This document shows positions 30,633 through 40,754 of a DNA stretch of 64,000 nt, one piece after another (position 1 is the stretch's first letter; every line of letters begins with the position of its first letter). The notes beneath the pieces are model-generated. The model saw only the letters and a list, made by a program, of their open reading frames with translations. It was not told where the DNA came from and did not search any database. A program made the translations under genes and the position numbers. Source of the stretch: Spirochaetota bacterium (GTDB lineage: Bacteria > Spirochaetota > JAAYUW01 > JAOAHJ01); NCBI GenBank assembly GCA_026415295.1, contig JAOAHJ010000028.1, positions 2,964 to 66,963 on the forward strand, given 5' to 3'.

Positions 30633-31445
30633 ATGAAAAACTTATTTTATCTCTTTTTAGCATTTTTAGCTTATTTTACTCTTTCTGCAGGATTTGTATT
30701 ACAAAAAAAAGGTATCAAATTTGCTAATACTAAAGATATTTTAATATGGATAACAGGATTTATATTGATGAACTTAGCTCCACTTATAAACTATTTTGCA
30801 TTAAAAGGTATCTCACCTTCAATAGTCACTGCATCATCTGGAATTTCTGTTCCTTTAACAATATTTCTTTCAAAATTCATTTTAAATACTAAAATAAAAA
30901 TCACCGACTATATCTATTCAATTTTAATGATGTTATTTATCTTTTTGGCTAATTATTTTTCAGAAAATAAAGAGTTTAATTCTTTCTCTAAAAATGCTCT
31001 CTACTTTTTTGTTTTTTTACCATCTCTATTATTTTTAATATTAATCATAATTAATAAATTTTATAAAAATAAAAATAATAAAATAAAGCTAATTAATACA
31101 ATTATTTACTCTTTTTCTGGTGGTTCTCTTGCTGGCATGATGATGATAGTTCTTAAAATATTTCAAATTGAGGATGTTTTTTCTAATAAAAATTTTATAT
31201 TTAATCAGTTCTTTTTATTGTACTTATTTCTAGGTATAACTTCTTTTCTATCAATACAATTTGCATACAGAAATGGGGATATACTTATCGTTTCTCCTAT
31301 TCAATATGGGACACAAGTATTTTTCCCCTTATTAAGTATTTATTTCATTTTTTACACAAAAATTATTCTTATACAAGTTTTAAGTTTTATATTGATTATT
31401 CTTTTTGCTATTAAACTTGTATTATCCCATAAAGATCTCTACTAA
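30633..31445 (+). CDS. Integral membrane protein, ~8-9 TM (DMT/EamA-like?), function unknown
   Basis: Hydrophobic helices throughout. Track start 30627 is TTG; ATG at 30633 with AAGGA RBS. Confidence 0.3.
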   Translation: MKNLFYLFLAFLAYFTLSAGFVLQKKGIKFANTKDILIWITGFILMNLAPLINYFALKGISPSIVTASSGISVPLTIFLSKFILNTKIKITDYIYSILMMLFIFLANYFSENKEFNSFSKNALYFFVFLPSLLFLILIIINKFYKNKNNKIKLINTIIYSFSGGSLAGMMMIVLKIFQIEDVFSNKNFIFNQFFLLYLFLGITSFLSIQFAYRNGDILIVSPIQYGTQVFFPLLSIYFIFYTKIILIQVLSFILIILFAIKLVLSHKDLY

Positions 31446-31558
31446 ATGCTGTAAATTAAAACTATTGTTAAATATTTTTTTGTTATTTGTAATTTTTTAA
31501 ATTGAAAAAAAAAAATTAAGAATTAAAATTTACCTATAAAAAATAGGAGGCTTTAAGA

Positions 31559-31729
31559 ATGGCTTATAAAATAAATGATAATTGCATTAATTGTGGTGCT
31601 TGTGAACCAGAATGTCCTGTTAATGCTATATATGAAAAAGATGATAGAAGAGTTATTGACCCTTCTAAATGTACAAGTTGTGGTTCTTGCGCCACAGTAT
31701 GTCCCGCTGAAGCTATAGATGCTGATTAA
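31559..31729 (+). CDS. fdx: 2x[4Fe-4S] ferredoxin (56 aa) - not in supplied ORF track
   Basis: Manual translation: [56 protein letters not shown]; two CxxCxxCxxxCP motifs; AGGAGG RBS 7 nt upstream. Confidence 0.8.
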   Translation: MAYKINDNCINCGACEPECPVNAIYEKDDRRVIDPSKCTSCGSCATVCPAEAIDAD

Positions 31730-31753
31730 TTTTATTTATTAAATTTTATATTA

Positions 31754-31790
31754 AAAGGCTATCTTTTAAGAGATAGCCTTTAATTTTTTT
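31754..31790 (+). terminator. Rho-independent terminator (AAAGGCTATCT-loop-AGATAGCCTTT + T-run)
   Basis: 11-bp perfect stem followed by TAATTTTTTTATT, 25 nt after ferredoxin stop. Confidence 0.65.
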
Positions 31791-31807
31791 ATTCTAAAGG
31801 AAAAATA

Positions 31808-32179
31808 ATGATTTTTAAAGATAAGGAAAATTTAAATAAAGAAAAAAAAGAACATATTTACGAACAGGTAAGTAATATTTTTAAAGAATCTAATTTTATA
31901 GAGTTAGGTGATTTAAAAGATAGCAATGATATTAATATAAAATATGATTTACCTTCTTATTGGCTTTTCAAAGTTATTGGGGATAACAATGAAAATTTCA
32001 GAAATTCTATTTCAAATTTCCTTAAAGATAAGAAATTGAAAAAAGAAGTATCAATAATATATTCAAAAAATTCAAAATATTGTTCATATAATTTTGAAAT
32101 ATTTGTAGAAAATAAGGAAGAATTATTTTCTTTTTATAGGGAACTAAAAGAAATAAAAGAAACAAAATTTTGTTTTTAA
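31808..32179 (+). CDS. YbeD/DUF493-like small protein
   Basis: YWLFKVIG matches the YbeD FxxKVMG core; C-terminal alternating pattern similar to YbeD; N-terminal K/E-rich extension. Confidence 0.35.
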   Translation: MIFKDKENLNKEKKEHIYEQVSNIFKESNFIELGDLKDSNDINIKYDLPSYWLFKVIGDNNENFRNSISNFLKDKKLKKEVSIIYSKNSKYCSYNFEIFVENKEELFSFYRELKEIKETKFCF

Positions 32180-32202
32180 TCAAATATATTGAAAAAAATA
32201 TC

Positions 32203-32958
32203 CTACTTTTTAATTAAACAAAAAAATTTAACTTTCTTCTCTTTTGATTTTCTAAAAAATGTTGTTTCATAAAAGGGAAAATATTTTTCATATTGTTTTT
32301 TAGAAGTTGTGATGTAACTTTTTATTATTCTAAATATTTTAAAACCTTTATTATAAATATCCTTATTTTTTACACAAGCATTTAAAATCCACTTAGAGTA
32401 ATCTTCATGATCTGTTAATATAAAAATCTTTCCACCATCTTTCAGAAAATTTTTTAATTTTTTCAAAGATTCTTCATTTACTAATCTTCTTTTATGATGT
32501 CTTTTTTTTGGCCAAGGATCTGGGAATGATATAAATATAAAATCAAATAAAAATAAATCGAATTTTTTTTTATCTAACTTTTCAGAACTATTCAATGATT
32601 GGTTTTTTATAATAGAACTTTCATAAAACTTTATAAAATCAAAAAAATCTTCATTAACATATAAAACATTATCCAAAGACTCTTGATGTGTCTTCTTAAT
32701 AGCCCTTTGAATTGCTGCTTTAGAAAAATCAAGTCCTAAAAATAATGTATCTTTATATATTGAAGCTAAATAATTAATGTATTCCCCTTTTCCACAACAA
32801 ACTTCTAAAACAAATTTATTATTTTCAGAACTAAGTTTTTGGCACTTAATTTTTTGAATTTTTTTTTCAATTATTTTAAAAAATTGATTATCAAGTTTTA
32901 AAGTATAATTATTAAACAAATTGTCATCAATATTAATATATCTTAATCTACCCTTCAT
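32203..32958 (-). CDS. trmB: tRNA (guanine46-N7)-methyltransferase
   Basis: SAM-binding LEVCCGKGEY and the TrmB-specific FPDPWPKKRHHKRR motif. Confidence 0.8.
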   Translation of the reverse strand: MKGRLRYINIDDNLFNNYTLKLDNQFFKIIEKKIQKIKCQKLSSENNKFVLEVCCGKGEYINYLASIYKDTLFLGLDFSKAAIQRAIKKTHQESLDNVLYVNEDFFDFIKFYESSIIKNQSLNSSEKLDKKKFDLFLFDFIFISFPDPWPKKRHHKRRLVNEESLKKLKNFLKDGGKIFILTDHEDYSKWILNACVKNKDIYNKGFKIFRIIKSYITTSKKQYEKYFPFYETTFFRKSKEKKVKFFCLIKK

Positions 32959-33074
32959 AAACTTAAAAATAATTTATCAAAAATTAATTTTTTTTATATA
33001 AATTTTTATATTGATTTTTTGTATTTAATAAATATTTTATAAATAAAGATAATATATATTTTTAAGAGGTAAAA

Positions 33075-34919
33075 ATGAACTTAAAAACCAAAATTGTATG
33101 TACTATAGGACCATCAACTTCTTCAGAAGAAATGTTAGAAAAACTAATAATTTCTGGTATGAATGTAGCAAGGTTTAATTTTTCTCATGCAAATTATGAT
33201 GAAACCAAAAAAGTAATAAATATTTTAAAAAAATTAAGGGAAAAATTAAAAGTCCCTCTTGCTTTAATGCTTGATACAAAAGGTCCTGAAATAAGAATAT
33301 ACGGATATAAGGAAATAATTGAAGTAAAAACAAAAGAAAAATTTTTTATTCAGAGTATAGATGGACAATTTTTAGAAAGCGAAAAAGGTAAAGTTTTTCT
33401 TGAGCAAAATAATTTTTATGAAACTAAAACATTTTTTACTAATCTTCCATATATAGATAGAATAGTTAAAATAGGAGACAAGATTTTATTAATGGATGGG
33501 TATTTTACAACTGAAGTGGTAGGAATAGTTGAAGATCAGACAAAAAAAGAAAAAGATTTAGAAGATAATTTTAATTTTTTATTAGGTAAAAAAATAGAAA
33601 TAGAATTTAAAAATTCTGGAAAGTTGAGACCAAAAGCACATCTATCAATACCAAATGTTGACTATCCTATTGAATTTCTTTCAAACAAAGATAAAGAAGA
33701 TATTAAATTTGCTGTACAAAATGATTTTGAATACATTGCTCTCTCTTTTGTCAGATCATCAGACGATATACTAAAAGTTAAAAAAATCATTAATGAAATA
33801 AACGAAAATGCTAATATAGATTTAATTGCTAAAATAGAACATAGGAAAGCAATAGAAAACATCGATGATATTATTATTCACTCAGATGGAATAATGGTTG
33901 CAAGAGGAGATCTTGGAGTTGAACTTCCAATAGAAGATGTCCCTGTTTTTCAAAAGAAAATAATAGAAAAATGCTATCTTTCTGGGAAACCAGTTATAAC
34001 AGCAACACAAATGTTAGAATCCATGATAGAAACACCTCTTCCTACAAGAGCAGAAGTATCTGATGTAGCAAATGCTGCTTATGATATGACATCTGCTGTT
34101 ATGCTATCAGGTGAAACTGCTGTTGGCAAATTTCCTGAACTTGTAGTACAAACAATGAAAAAAATTTTACTAAAAACTGAATCATCTATAGATTATAAAA
34201 AATTTTTATTTTCAAAAAGCTATACTGAATCATTATTTGATATTACAAATATCATATCATATAATGCTGTTGTTACTGCTTACCAATGTAATGCAAAAGC
34301 TATTTTGTGTATTACTAAAACTGGATATGCAGGAAGGATGATTTCAAAGTTAAGACCAGGCTTACCAATAATCGTATTTACTTATGATAAAAAAGTTTAC
34401 AATAAGCTTGCATTAAATTGGGGAGTTACTCCAATTTTATATACTAAAGAGGACTCCTTTGAAAAATTAATAGATGAAATAAAAAATTTATGCATTGAAA
34501 ATAATTTTGTATCAAAGGGAGATCTGGTTGTTATCATTGCAGGAATGCCATTAGGAAAACAAGGAACTACAAATATGATAAGAATCGAATCTATAGGTAA
34601 ATCTAGAATTAAAGGAACACCAATTAATGTAAAACAAACAATAAAAAATGTTGTAATTATAGAAGGTCTTGAAGATTTTAAAGAAAAGGATGTAGATAAT
34701 AAAATAGTGGTACTTAAAAACTTTTCAGAAAATTATGTTACATACTTAAGATTTGCTGCTGGAATAATTATTGAAAATTGTTATTGGGAAACACAATTAA
34801 AAATTGTTGCAAGTGCATATAATATACCCATAATAATGAATGCAACAGGAGCTTCTGAAATTTTAAAAGATAGATCTCTTGTTGAAATATTAGAAGATGG
34901 AACAATAATTGAAATATAA
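33075..34919 (+). CDS. pyk: Pyruvate kinase with C-terminal PEP-utilising-enzyme (mobile) domain
   Basis: N-terminal KIVCTIGPS, MVARGDLGVE active site, ~100-aa insertion after residue 95, extra ~100-aa C-terminal domain (as in Bacillus-type PK). Confidence 0.85.
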   Translation: MNLKTKIVCTIGPSTSSEEMLEKLIISGMNVARFNFSHANYDETKKVINILKKLREKLKVPLALMLDTKGPEIRIYGYKEIIEVKTKEKFFIQSIDGQFLESEKGKVFLEQNNFYETKTFFTNLPYIDRIVKIGDKILLMDGYFTTEVVGIVEDQTKKEKDLEDNFNFLLGKKIEIEFKNSGKLRPKAHLSIPNVDYPIEFLSNKDKEDIKFAVQNDFEYIALSFVRSSDDILKVKKIINEINENANIDLIAKIEHRKAIENIDDIIIHSDGIMVARGDLGVELPIEDVPVFQKKIIEKCYLSGKPVITATQMLESMIETPLPTRAEVSDVANAAYDMTSAVMLSGETAVGKFPELVVQTMKKILLKTESSIDYKKFLFSKSYTESLFDITNIISYNAVVTAYQCNAKAILCITKTGYAGRMISKLRPGLPIIVFTYDKKVYNKLALNWGVTPILYTKEDSFEKLIDEIKNLCIENNFVSKGDLVVIIAGMPLGKQGTTNMIRIESIGKSRIKGTPINVKQTIKNVVIIEGLEDFKEKDVDNKIVVLKNFSENYVTYLRFAAGIIIENCYWETQLKIVASAYNIPIIMNATGASEILKDRSLVEILEDGTIIEI

Positions 34920-35070
34920 ATATGCAGGAATTTAATTGTTGACATTATAAAAAATATTAATTTAAATATTAAAATAATTTAATTTAATAAAAATAAAAAA
35001 GTTTTTAATAAATTTAAATTTAAAAATATATAATAGATTTTTATTTTTATAAAATTTGGAAAGGAGTTTT

Positions 35071-36363
35071 ATGCAAACTAGAGAGGAAAAATTTAATTTT
35101 TATAAGACCACTATTTTAATAGGGCTTGGCTTTTTTACTATGGGACTTATGGACCCTCTATATGATGCTTTCGTACCATTATTTTTAAAAGAATATATTA
35201 AAGTAAAAACAATCATTGGTTCAATTATGACTCTAGACAATATTTTTGCTCTTTTTTTAATACCAATTGTAGCAGCAATATCAGATAGAACAATAACAAA
35301 AATTGGTAGAAGAATGCCATATATTCTTGTCACACTTCCATTAAGTGCAATATTTTTTGCTTTGATTCCTTTTGCTGCTTTAAAAAGTTTGTTTTTACTT
35401 ATTTTAGTTTTATTTTTATTAAATATTTTTAAGCAAGCTGCAAGAGGACCAGTTGTTGCTTTAATGCCAGATATCATTCATCCTGATTATAGATCTGAAG
35501 CTAATGGAGTTATAAACTTTATGGGAGGAATTGCTGCAATCGTTGGCACAGTTGGTTTATCCAAACTTATGGATTTGGATATATATTTACCAATAATTGG
35601 TAGAACAAAGGATAAAATTCCATTTCTAATTTCTGGTATACTAGTTGTTTTTGCAACCATACTTTTATTTATATTTGTAAAAGAAAAATTTAGAGAGAAA
35701 ACTGAGAAAGAAGAAAAGATTCCAATTATTAAATCTTTTAAACTTATATTTTCTGACAAAGATAAAAGTGCTGTTTTAATATTATTTTCTCTTTTTCTAT
35801 GGTTTTTTGGTTATCAAGGTGTCCTTCCATTTGTAACAACATATGCTGTTGAAATTATAGGTGTCTCAAAAGGTGTTGCAGGAATTTCTCCTGGAATGGT
35901 TGCAATTCCATATGCTTTATTTGCAATACCTTCAGGAATTATTGCTCATAAAATAGGAAGAAAAAAAATGATTAGAATATGCTTAATAGGCTTAATAATT
36001 GCAATGATATTAATGTTTTTTCATAAAGCAATTGTTGACTTTTTTCAGTTAAAACAAGGATTAAGTTTAATTATTTTTTGGGCTATTCTATTCTTTTTTG
36101 GTATTTTCTGGGGTTCAGTTGTTACAAATTCGTTTCCAATGTTATGGCAAATGGCTACATATTCAAACATGGGAATATATACTGGTTTATATTATACTTT
36201 TTCTCAATCTGCTGCTATCTTTTCTCCACCTGTTACTGGGGCAATTATAGATCTAATAAATATAAGAGCCATCTTTTTATTTGCAGCAATATGTATGCTA
36301 GGGGCATTTATACTTATGGGATTTGTAAAAAAGGGTGAACCCTCTACTACAAAAACACATTGA
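35071..36363 (+). CDS. MFS transporter
   Basis: 12 predicted TM, MFS loop motif DRTITKIGRRMPY between TM2-3. Track start 35056 is TTG; ATG 35071 has AAGGAG RBS. Confidence 0.6.
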   Translation: MQTREEKFNFYKTTILIGLGFFTMGLMDPLYDAFVPLFLKEYIKVKTIIGSIMTLDNIFALFLIPIVAAISDRTITKIGRRMPYILVTLPLSAIFFALIPFAALKSLFLLILVLFLLNIFKQAARGPVVALMPDIIHPDYRSEANGVINFMGGIAAIVGTVGLSKLMDLDIYLPIIGRTKDKIPFLISGILVVFATILLFIFVKEKFREKTEKEEKIPIIKSFKLIFSDKDKSAVLILFSLFLWFFGYQGVLPFVTTYAVEIIGVSKGVAGISPGMVAIPYALFAIPSGIIAHKIGRKKMIRICLIGLIIAMILMFFHKAIVDFFQLKQGLSLIIFWAILFFFGIFWGSVVTNSFPMLWQMATYSNMGIYTGLYYTFSQSAAIFSPPVTGAIIDLINIRAIFLFAAICMLGAFILMGFVKKGEPSTTKTH

Positions 36364-36516
36364 AAATATATAGATTTAACTTTAATAAGATGATAAAAAA
36401 ATTAAAACAAAACATAAATAAAATAAAAATAATAAAAATAAAATCATAAATAAAAAATAGAAAATTTAAAATGTAAAGTATAAAATATAAAAAATTTGAA
36501 ATAATAATTATTAATA

Positions 36517-36548
36517 AAAAAGAGAGAGAAATTATTCTCTCTCTTTTT
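36517..36548. terminator. Bidirectional terminator: perfect 14-bp palindrome AAAAAGAGAGAGAA-ATTA-TTCTCTCTCTTTTT
   Basis: Between convergent MFS (+) and rsfS (-). Confidence 0.55.
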
Positions 36549-36592
36549 ATTTTATTACCTTAAAAACTTAATATTAGAATATAATTTTGTAA

Positions 36593-36973
36593 TTATTTAT
36601 TTGTTTCTTTAACTATTTCGATAACCTTCTCCTTTGTTATAACATACTTACTCCATAAACCTTCTAAATTATAGAAATCCCTTTTATCTTTATTAAAAAG
36701 ATGAATTATCACCGAATTATAATCAAGAAGTATCCAATCATTTACAGTAAAATTTTTTCTATTGATTAAAGAATATCCATTATCTTTTAAAATTTTATTT
36801 AGCTCACTAACTACAGCAGAAGCCTGAGGTGTAGATTCAATTGTCCCAATTATAAAAAAATCTGCTATTGGCATTACATCAATAACCTTAATAACTTTTA
36901 TATTATCAACTTTCTTTTCTTCTAATATATTAATTATAAGAGATGCAAGTTTATAATCGAGGTTTTCTTTCAA
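36593..36973 (-). CDS. rsfS: Ribosomal silencing factor RsfS (Iojap)
   Basis: Conserved DW(I/V)LLDYxxV(I/V)(I/V)H(L/I)F core, 126 aa. Confidence 0.75.
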   Translation of the reverse strand: MKENLDYKLASLIINILEEKKVDNIKVIKVIDVMPIADFFIIGTIESTPQASAVVSELNKILKDNGYSLINRKNFTVNDWILLDYNSVIIHLFNKDKRDFYNLEGLWSKYVITKEKVIEIVKETNK

Positions 36974-36993
36974 ATTAAACTCCTTATTAAAAT

Positions 36994-37185
36994 TTATTCT
37001 TTATCTTTCAATTCCTTTTTAGATTTAGTTGAAGCCTTTTCTTTTGTAACCTTTGCCTTTGTAGCTTTTGTTTCCTTTAATGAGAGATTATCAGTAATAT
37101 TTTTTTTCTTTTTTCTAGGTCTTGTTTTCCCAAATGTTCCTCTAAAAATTTTTCCTCTTCTTGATCTTTGATCACCTTTACCCAT
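36994..37185 (-). CDS. Ribosomal protein THX-like (bTHX) with Lys-rich C-terminal tail
   Basis: [27 protein letters not shown] nearly identical in pattern to Thermus THX ([24 protein letters not shown]). Confidence 0.55.
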   Translation of the reverse strand: MGKGDQRSRRGKIFRGTFGKTRPRKKKKNITDNLSLKETKATKAKVTKEKASTKSKKELKDKE

Positions 37186-37314
37186 ATTTCCTCCAATATT
37201 TTATTATTTATAAAATTTTTAATAATTTTTTATTTTATTATTACTTTAGATTTTTATAAAAAAAATTTATTCAAAAATATTTAAAAAATCAAGTGGATAA
37301 AAAAATAATAATTT

Positions 37315-37794
37315 CTAAAATGATGTTTTAATAAATAATTTAGCAAAAATTCCACCATAAATTGTAATTATTGAAACGATAATACCTGCTATCAAAACAC
37401 CTAAACTTATAAAAAAGAATGATTTTTTTATATCTAATCTTAAAAGCCAAGCACCAATGGTGCCTGTAATAGCACCCGTTGCAGGAAGAGGTATAGCAAC
37501 AAATATCATTAATCCTATATATTCATATTTCTCAAATTTAGGTTTTACTTTTTTTAATGATCTTTCAGAAATTTTATCAAAAAATTTCTTATATAAAGGT
37601 ATTTTTAAGAATAAATGGTTAAAAAACTCAAGAAAAATAAAGAGTATAAGTGAAGCACAAGAATTAAATATAACAGATAAAAAAAAAGCTATAAAAATAT
37701 TAATACCATTAAAATAACCATAAGGAATAGACCCTCTAAGCTCAATAACTGGTAACATAGATAATATAATCATTTTAATATAAGTTAATAACAT
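37315..37794 (-). CDS. Small integral membrane protein (COG2426 / putative small multidrug export family)
   Basis: LPVIELRGSIPYG N-terminal motif and 4 TM helices. Confidence 0.4.
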   Translation of the reverse strand: MLLTYIKMIILSMLPVIELRGSIPYGYFNGINIFIAFFLSVIFNSCASLILFIFLEFFNHLFLKIPLYKKFFDKISERSLKKVKPKFEKYEYIGLMIFVAIPLPATGAITGTIGAWLLRLDIKKSFFFISLGVLIAGIIVSIITIYGGIFAKLFIKTSF

Positions 37795-37826
37795 TTCTCT
37801 ACCTTTCTTATTTAAACAAACTATTA

Positions 37827-38375
37827 TTAATTAGTTTTTAAAATTAAATTAAAAATTGAAGAAAAAACTTCCTTACTGTAAAAGCCGAATCTATTTATTT
37901 CAAAAATTTTATTAATTGCAATATCTTTTTTTATTAAATTATTTTTTAAAAGAATATATATTAAAGATAGGCTATTTAAAAAAACTCTTTCTTTTAACAG
38001 AAAGTACTCTATTATGTTTTTGTCTTCAGTTATTGGAATTAAATTATTAATCTCTGTCGAAACTATAACTGATAGATCTGCAAAAGTTAACCTTTTTTTA
38101 TTATTATACTCCAATTTATTATAGAAAATTTCAATTTCTTCTTTTCTATTATTGATAAGCTTAAACCTATCTTTTATAAAATTGTAAAGATAATCTTTAT
38201 TATTATTAATCTCATCAACAACTTCTTTTGTAATATAGATATTAAAATTATCTAAAACTAAAGAAAGAATATCAGCTTTATAAGTATAAATTAATGAAGA
38301 AGAATCAAATATAAAATCCTTATAGCCAAAATCTTGTAAAATTTTATCTGAAATTATGCTTTTTCTACTATCCAA
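37827..38375 (-). CDS. PIN-domain-like protein (putative RNase)
   Basis: Four spaced acidic residues in PIN order (FIFDSS..., TKEVVDE, FADLSVIV, ITEDKNI) on an alternating alpha/beta-like pattern. Confidence 0.35.
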   Translation of the reverse strand: MDSRKSIISDKILQDFGYKDFIFDSSSLIYTYKADILSLVLDNFNIYITKEVVDEINNNKDYLYNFIKDRFKLINNRKEEIEIFYNKLEYNNKKRLTFADLSVIVSTEINNLIPITEDKNIIEYFLLKERVFLNSLSLIYILLKNNLIKKDIAINKIFEINRFGFYSKEVFSSIFNLILKTN

Positions 38376-38541
38376 ATTATTTTATTAAAAAAATTTTCTT
38401 TATTTTAAAAATATTAATTTATAAATAATTAAAAAATCATAAAAAATATATTAAAAAATTCTAATAAAATATAACTTAATAAAATAAATTATAATTATAA
38501 TATAAAATAATACTTTCATAATTTAACCATAACAAACAATA

Positions 38542-39051
38542 TTATAAATAAACTATATTAAAACACTCTATTAAAGCTTTTGTCCTAAAAAAGAAAACAA
38601 GTCCAATACTTTTATCCCATGAATCTTTTGAAATATTAGGAAATAAAAAATATAAAAAAGAGTATAAAAATGGTTGACTACTTTTATTTAAATAATCATT
38701 CAATTTCTGTTTTAAAATATTTTTATCATCTATTTCTTCAATCTTTTCAAATTCCTCCATCTCTTTTTTTAAAATCTCGCTATAAAGTTTAAATGTTATA
38801 GTTCCTCTTTTAGCAGAATTTTTTATAATCTTATAAACAGATAAAATTGTATTTTCAAATGTAGTTAACATTCTATCAAAAACCTTTTTATTTTTATTAT
38901 GAAATTCAAGAGATTTTATTGAGTCAATAATATCCTTTAATTCTGGATGTTCATTAAATAACATATTCCACATTATTGTACTTTGTTTATAATTATAAAG
39001 CCTTATTTCTTTAACAGTGTTTAAAAATTCATCTTCATTTATTTTTTTCAA
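38542..39051 (-). CDS. Hypothetical protein
   Basis: 169-aa ORF, no recognisable motif; upstream and same strand as the PIN-like gene. Confidence 0.35.
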   Translation of the reverse strand: MKKINEDEFLNTVKEIRLYNYKQSTIMWNMLFNEHPELKDIIDSIKSLEFHNKNKKVFDRMLTTFENTILSVYKIIKNSAKRGTITFKLYSEILKKEMEEFEKIEEIDDKNILKQKLNDYLNKSSQPFLYSFLYFLFPNISKDSWDKSIGLVFFFRTKALIECFNIVYL

Positions 39052-39104
39052 ATAAACTCCTTAATATCTTAATTAATATTATATTTTAATTAATAATTTT
39101 TAAT

Positions 39105-40676
39105 TTAATCCATTCTATAATGACAACCTGAAGATTTTTTATTCTTCCATGCTGAAGTTGCAACAATTAATCCACATGTAATTGCATCCCTTAACTGAAG
39201 AATTAGATTGGATAACTTGGATTCATAATAAAAATCTTCAAAACTATTTTTAAGATTTGTTATATCAGTTAAAGCTCTTCTCAACCTTTTCTTTGTTCTT
39301 ATAGGCCCTACATAATTCCACATAATATTCTTAAGATAATTCAAATCCTGTTTAACAAGAATAAGATCATACTCTTCTTTATTTGTATATTCCCAATCTT
39401 TTATTAAATCAAGAGAAAAATAATTTTTTTTGTATTCTTTGTTTAACAACTTATTATAAATAGAATCAGAAGCAAATTTAGCAAAGCACAATCCTTCTAA
39501 TAAAGAGATAGATGCCAATCTATTTGCTCCATGGATTCCTGTACATGAAACCTCACCTACAGCATATAATCCATCAAGAGAAGACTCTCCTTCAAGATTA
39601 ACTTTTATACCTCCGCATTGAAAATGAAAAGAAGGAACAACAGGGATATTTTCATAATCAAGATCAATACCATTCTCCTTACAAGTATAATAAATCGATG
39701 GAAACCTATCTTTTATCTTTTTTCTTATTTTATTTATATCTATATAAACAAACTTTGAATCTGTTTTTTGCATTTCAAAAATGATAGATCTAGCTACTAC
39801 ATCTCTTGGAGCCAAAGAACCGAGGCTATGATATTCTTTCATAAAAGGTTTACCATAAATATTTACAAGTTCTCCACCCTCTCCTCTAACTGCCTCTGAT
39901 ATTAAAAAACTGTGTCCATGTTCTGTAAACAATGCTGTTGGATGAAATTGAGTATATTCCATATTTATTAGTTTTACATGGGCTCTATAAGCCATAGCAT
40001 ATCCATTACCATAAATATTAGGTGGATTAGTTGTATGAAGATAAACCTGCCCCATACCCCCGGTAGCTAGAATAGTATATTTAGCAATAAAAATATTTAT
40101 ATCATCTTCTTTTTCATCATATGCATATACACCAAAACATCTATCTTCTTCATACATTGAATAGCTATAATTTGTCGAATGTGATAATGTAATTAAATCT
40201 ATAGAATAACATGATGGATAAAAATTTATAGACAAATTTTTGCTTTTAATATAATTTAGTAAAGACTCTATGATAGCTTTACCCGTATAATCTTTAACAA
40301 ATAATATTCTTTTAACTGAATGAGCTGCTTCACCAGTTAATTTAAAAAAATCTTGTTCTTTCTCAAATGGCACTTTAATTTTTTCTATTAAAATGTCATG
40401 CAAAATTGTTGAACAATTATAAACCAGTTTATCAACAGCTGGTATAAAATTTAAATGATCTCCAGCATCAAGTATATCTTTTTTCAATAGTTCAGGTGAA
40501 TCTTCCTTACCTTTATATACTATTCCACCTTGTGCCCAAAAACTTGATGATTTAGTAATATCTTCAGTATCATAAATAATACAAACATCAACACCTTTTT
40601 CTGCTAAAAGTATTCCAGAAACAAGACCAGATATTCCTGCACCAATAATTAAAACATCCGTCGTTATTTTTTTCAT
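39105..40676 (-). CDS. nadB: L-aspartate oxidase (or related fumarate-reductase-family flavoprotein)
   Basis: N-terminal FAD dinucleotide fold (DVLIIGAGISGL), RGEGG, HPTALF, size 523 aa fits NadB better than FrdA/SdhA. Confidence 0.55.
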   Translation of the reverse strand: MKKITTDVLIIGAGISGLVSGILLAEKGVDVCIIYDTEDITKSSSFWAQGGIVYKGKEDSPELLKKDILDAGDHLNFIPAVDKLVYNCSTILHDILIEKIKVPFEKEQDFFKLTGEAAHSVKRILFVKDYTGKAIIESLLNYIKSKNLSINFYPSCYSIDLITLSHSTNYSYSMYEEDRCFGVYAYDEKEDDINIFIAKYTILATGGMGQVYLHTTNPPNIYGNGYAMAYRAHVKLINMEYTQFHPTALFTEHGHSFLISEAVRGEGGELVNIYGKPFMKEYHSLGSLAPRDVVARSIIFEMQKTDSKFVYIDINKIRKKIKDRFPSIYYTCKENGIDLDYENIPVVPSFHFQCGGIKVNLEGESSLDGLYAVGEVSCTGIHGANRLASISLLEGLCFAKFASDSIYNKLLNKEYKKNYFSLDLIKDWEYTNKEEYDLILVKQDLNYLKNIMWNYVGPIRTKKRLRRALTDITNLKNSFEDFYYESKLSNLILQLRDAITCGLIVATSAWKNKKSSGCHYRMD

Positions 40677-40754
40677 TTATTTTCTTAAAATAGTCTTTAT
40701 AATTAAAATTTTAAAAATGAATTTTTAAAAAAATATTAATTAAGATAAAAAAAC

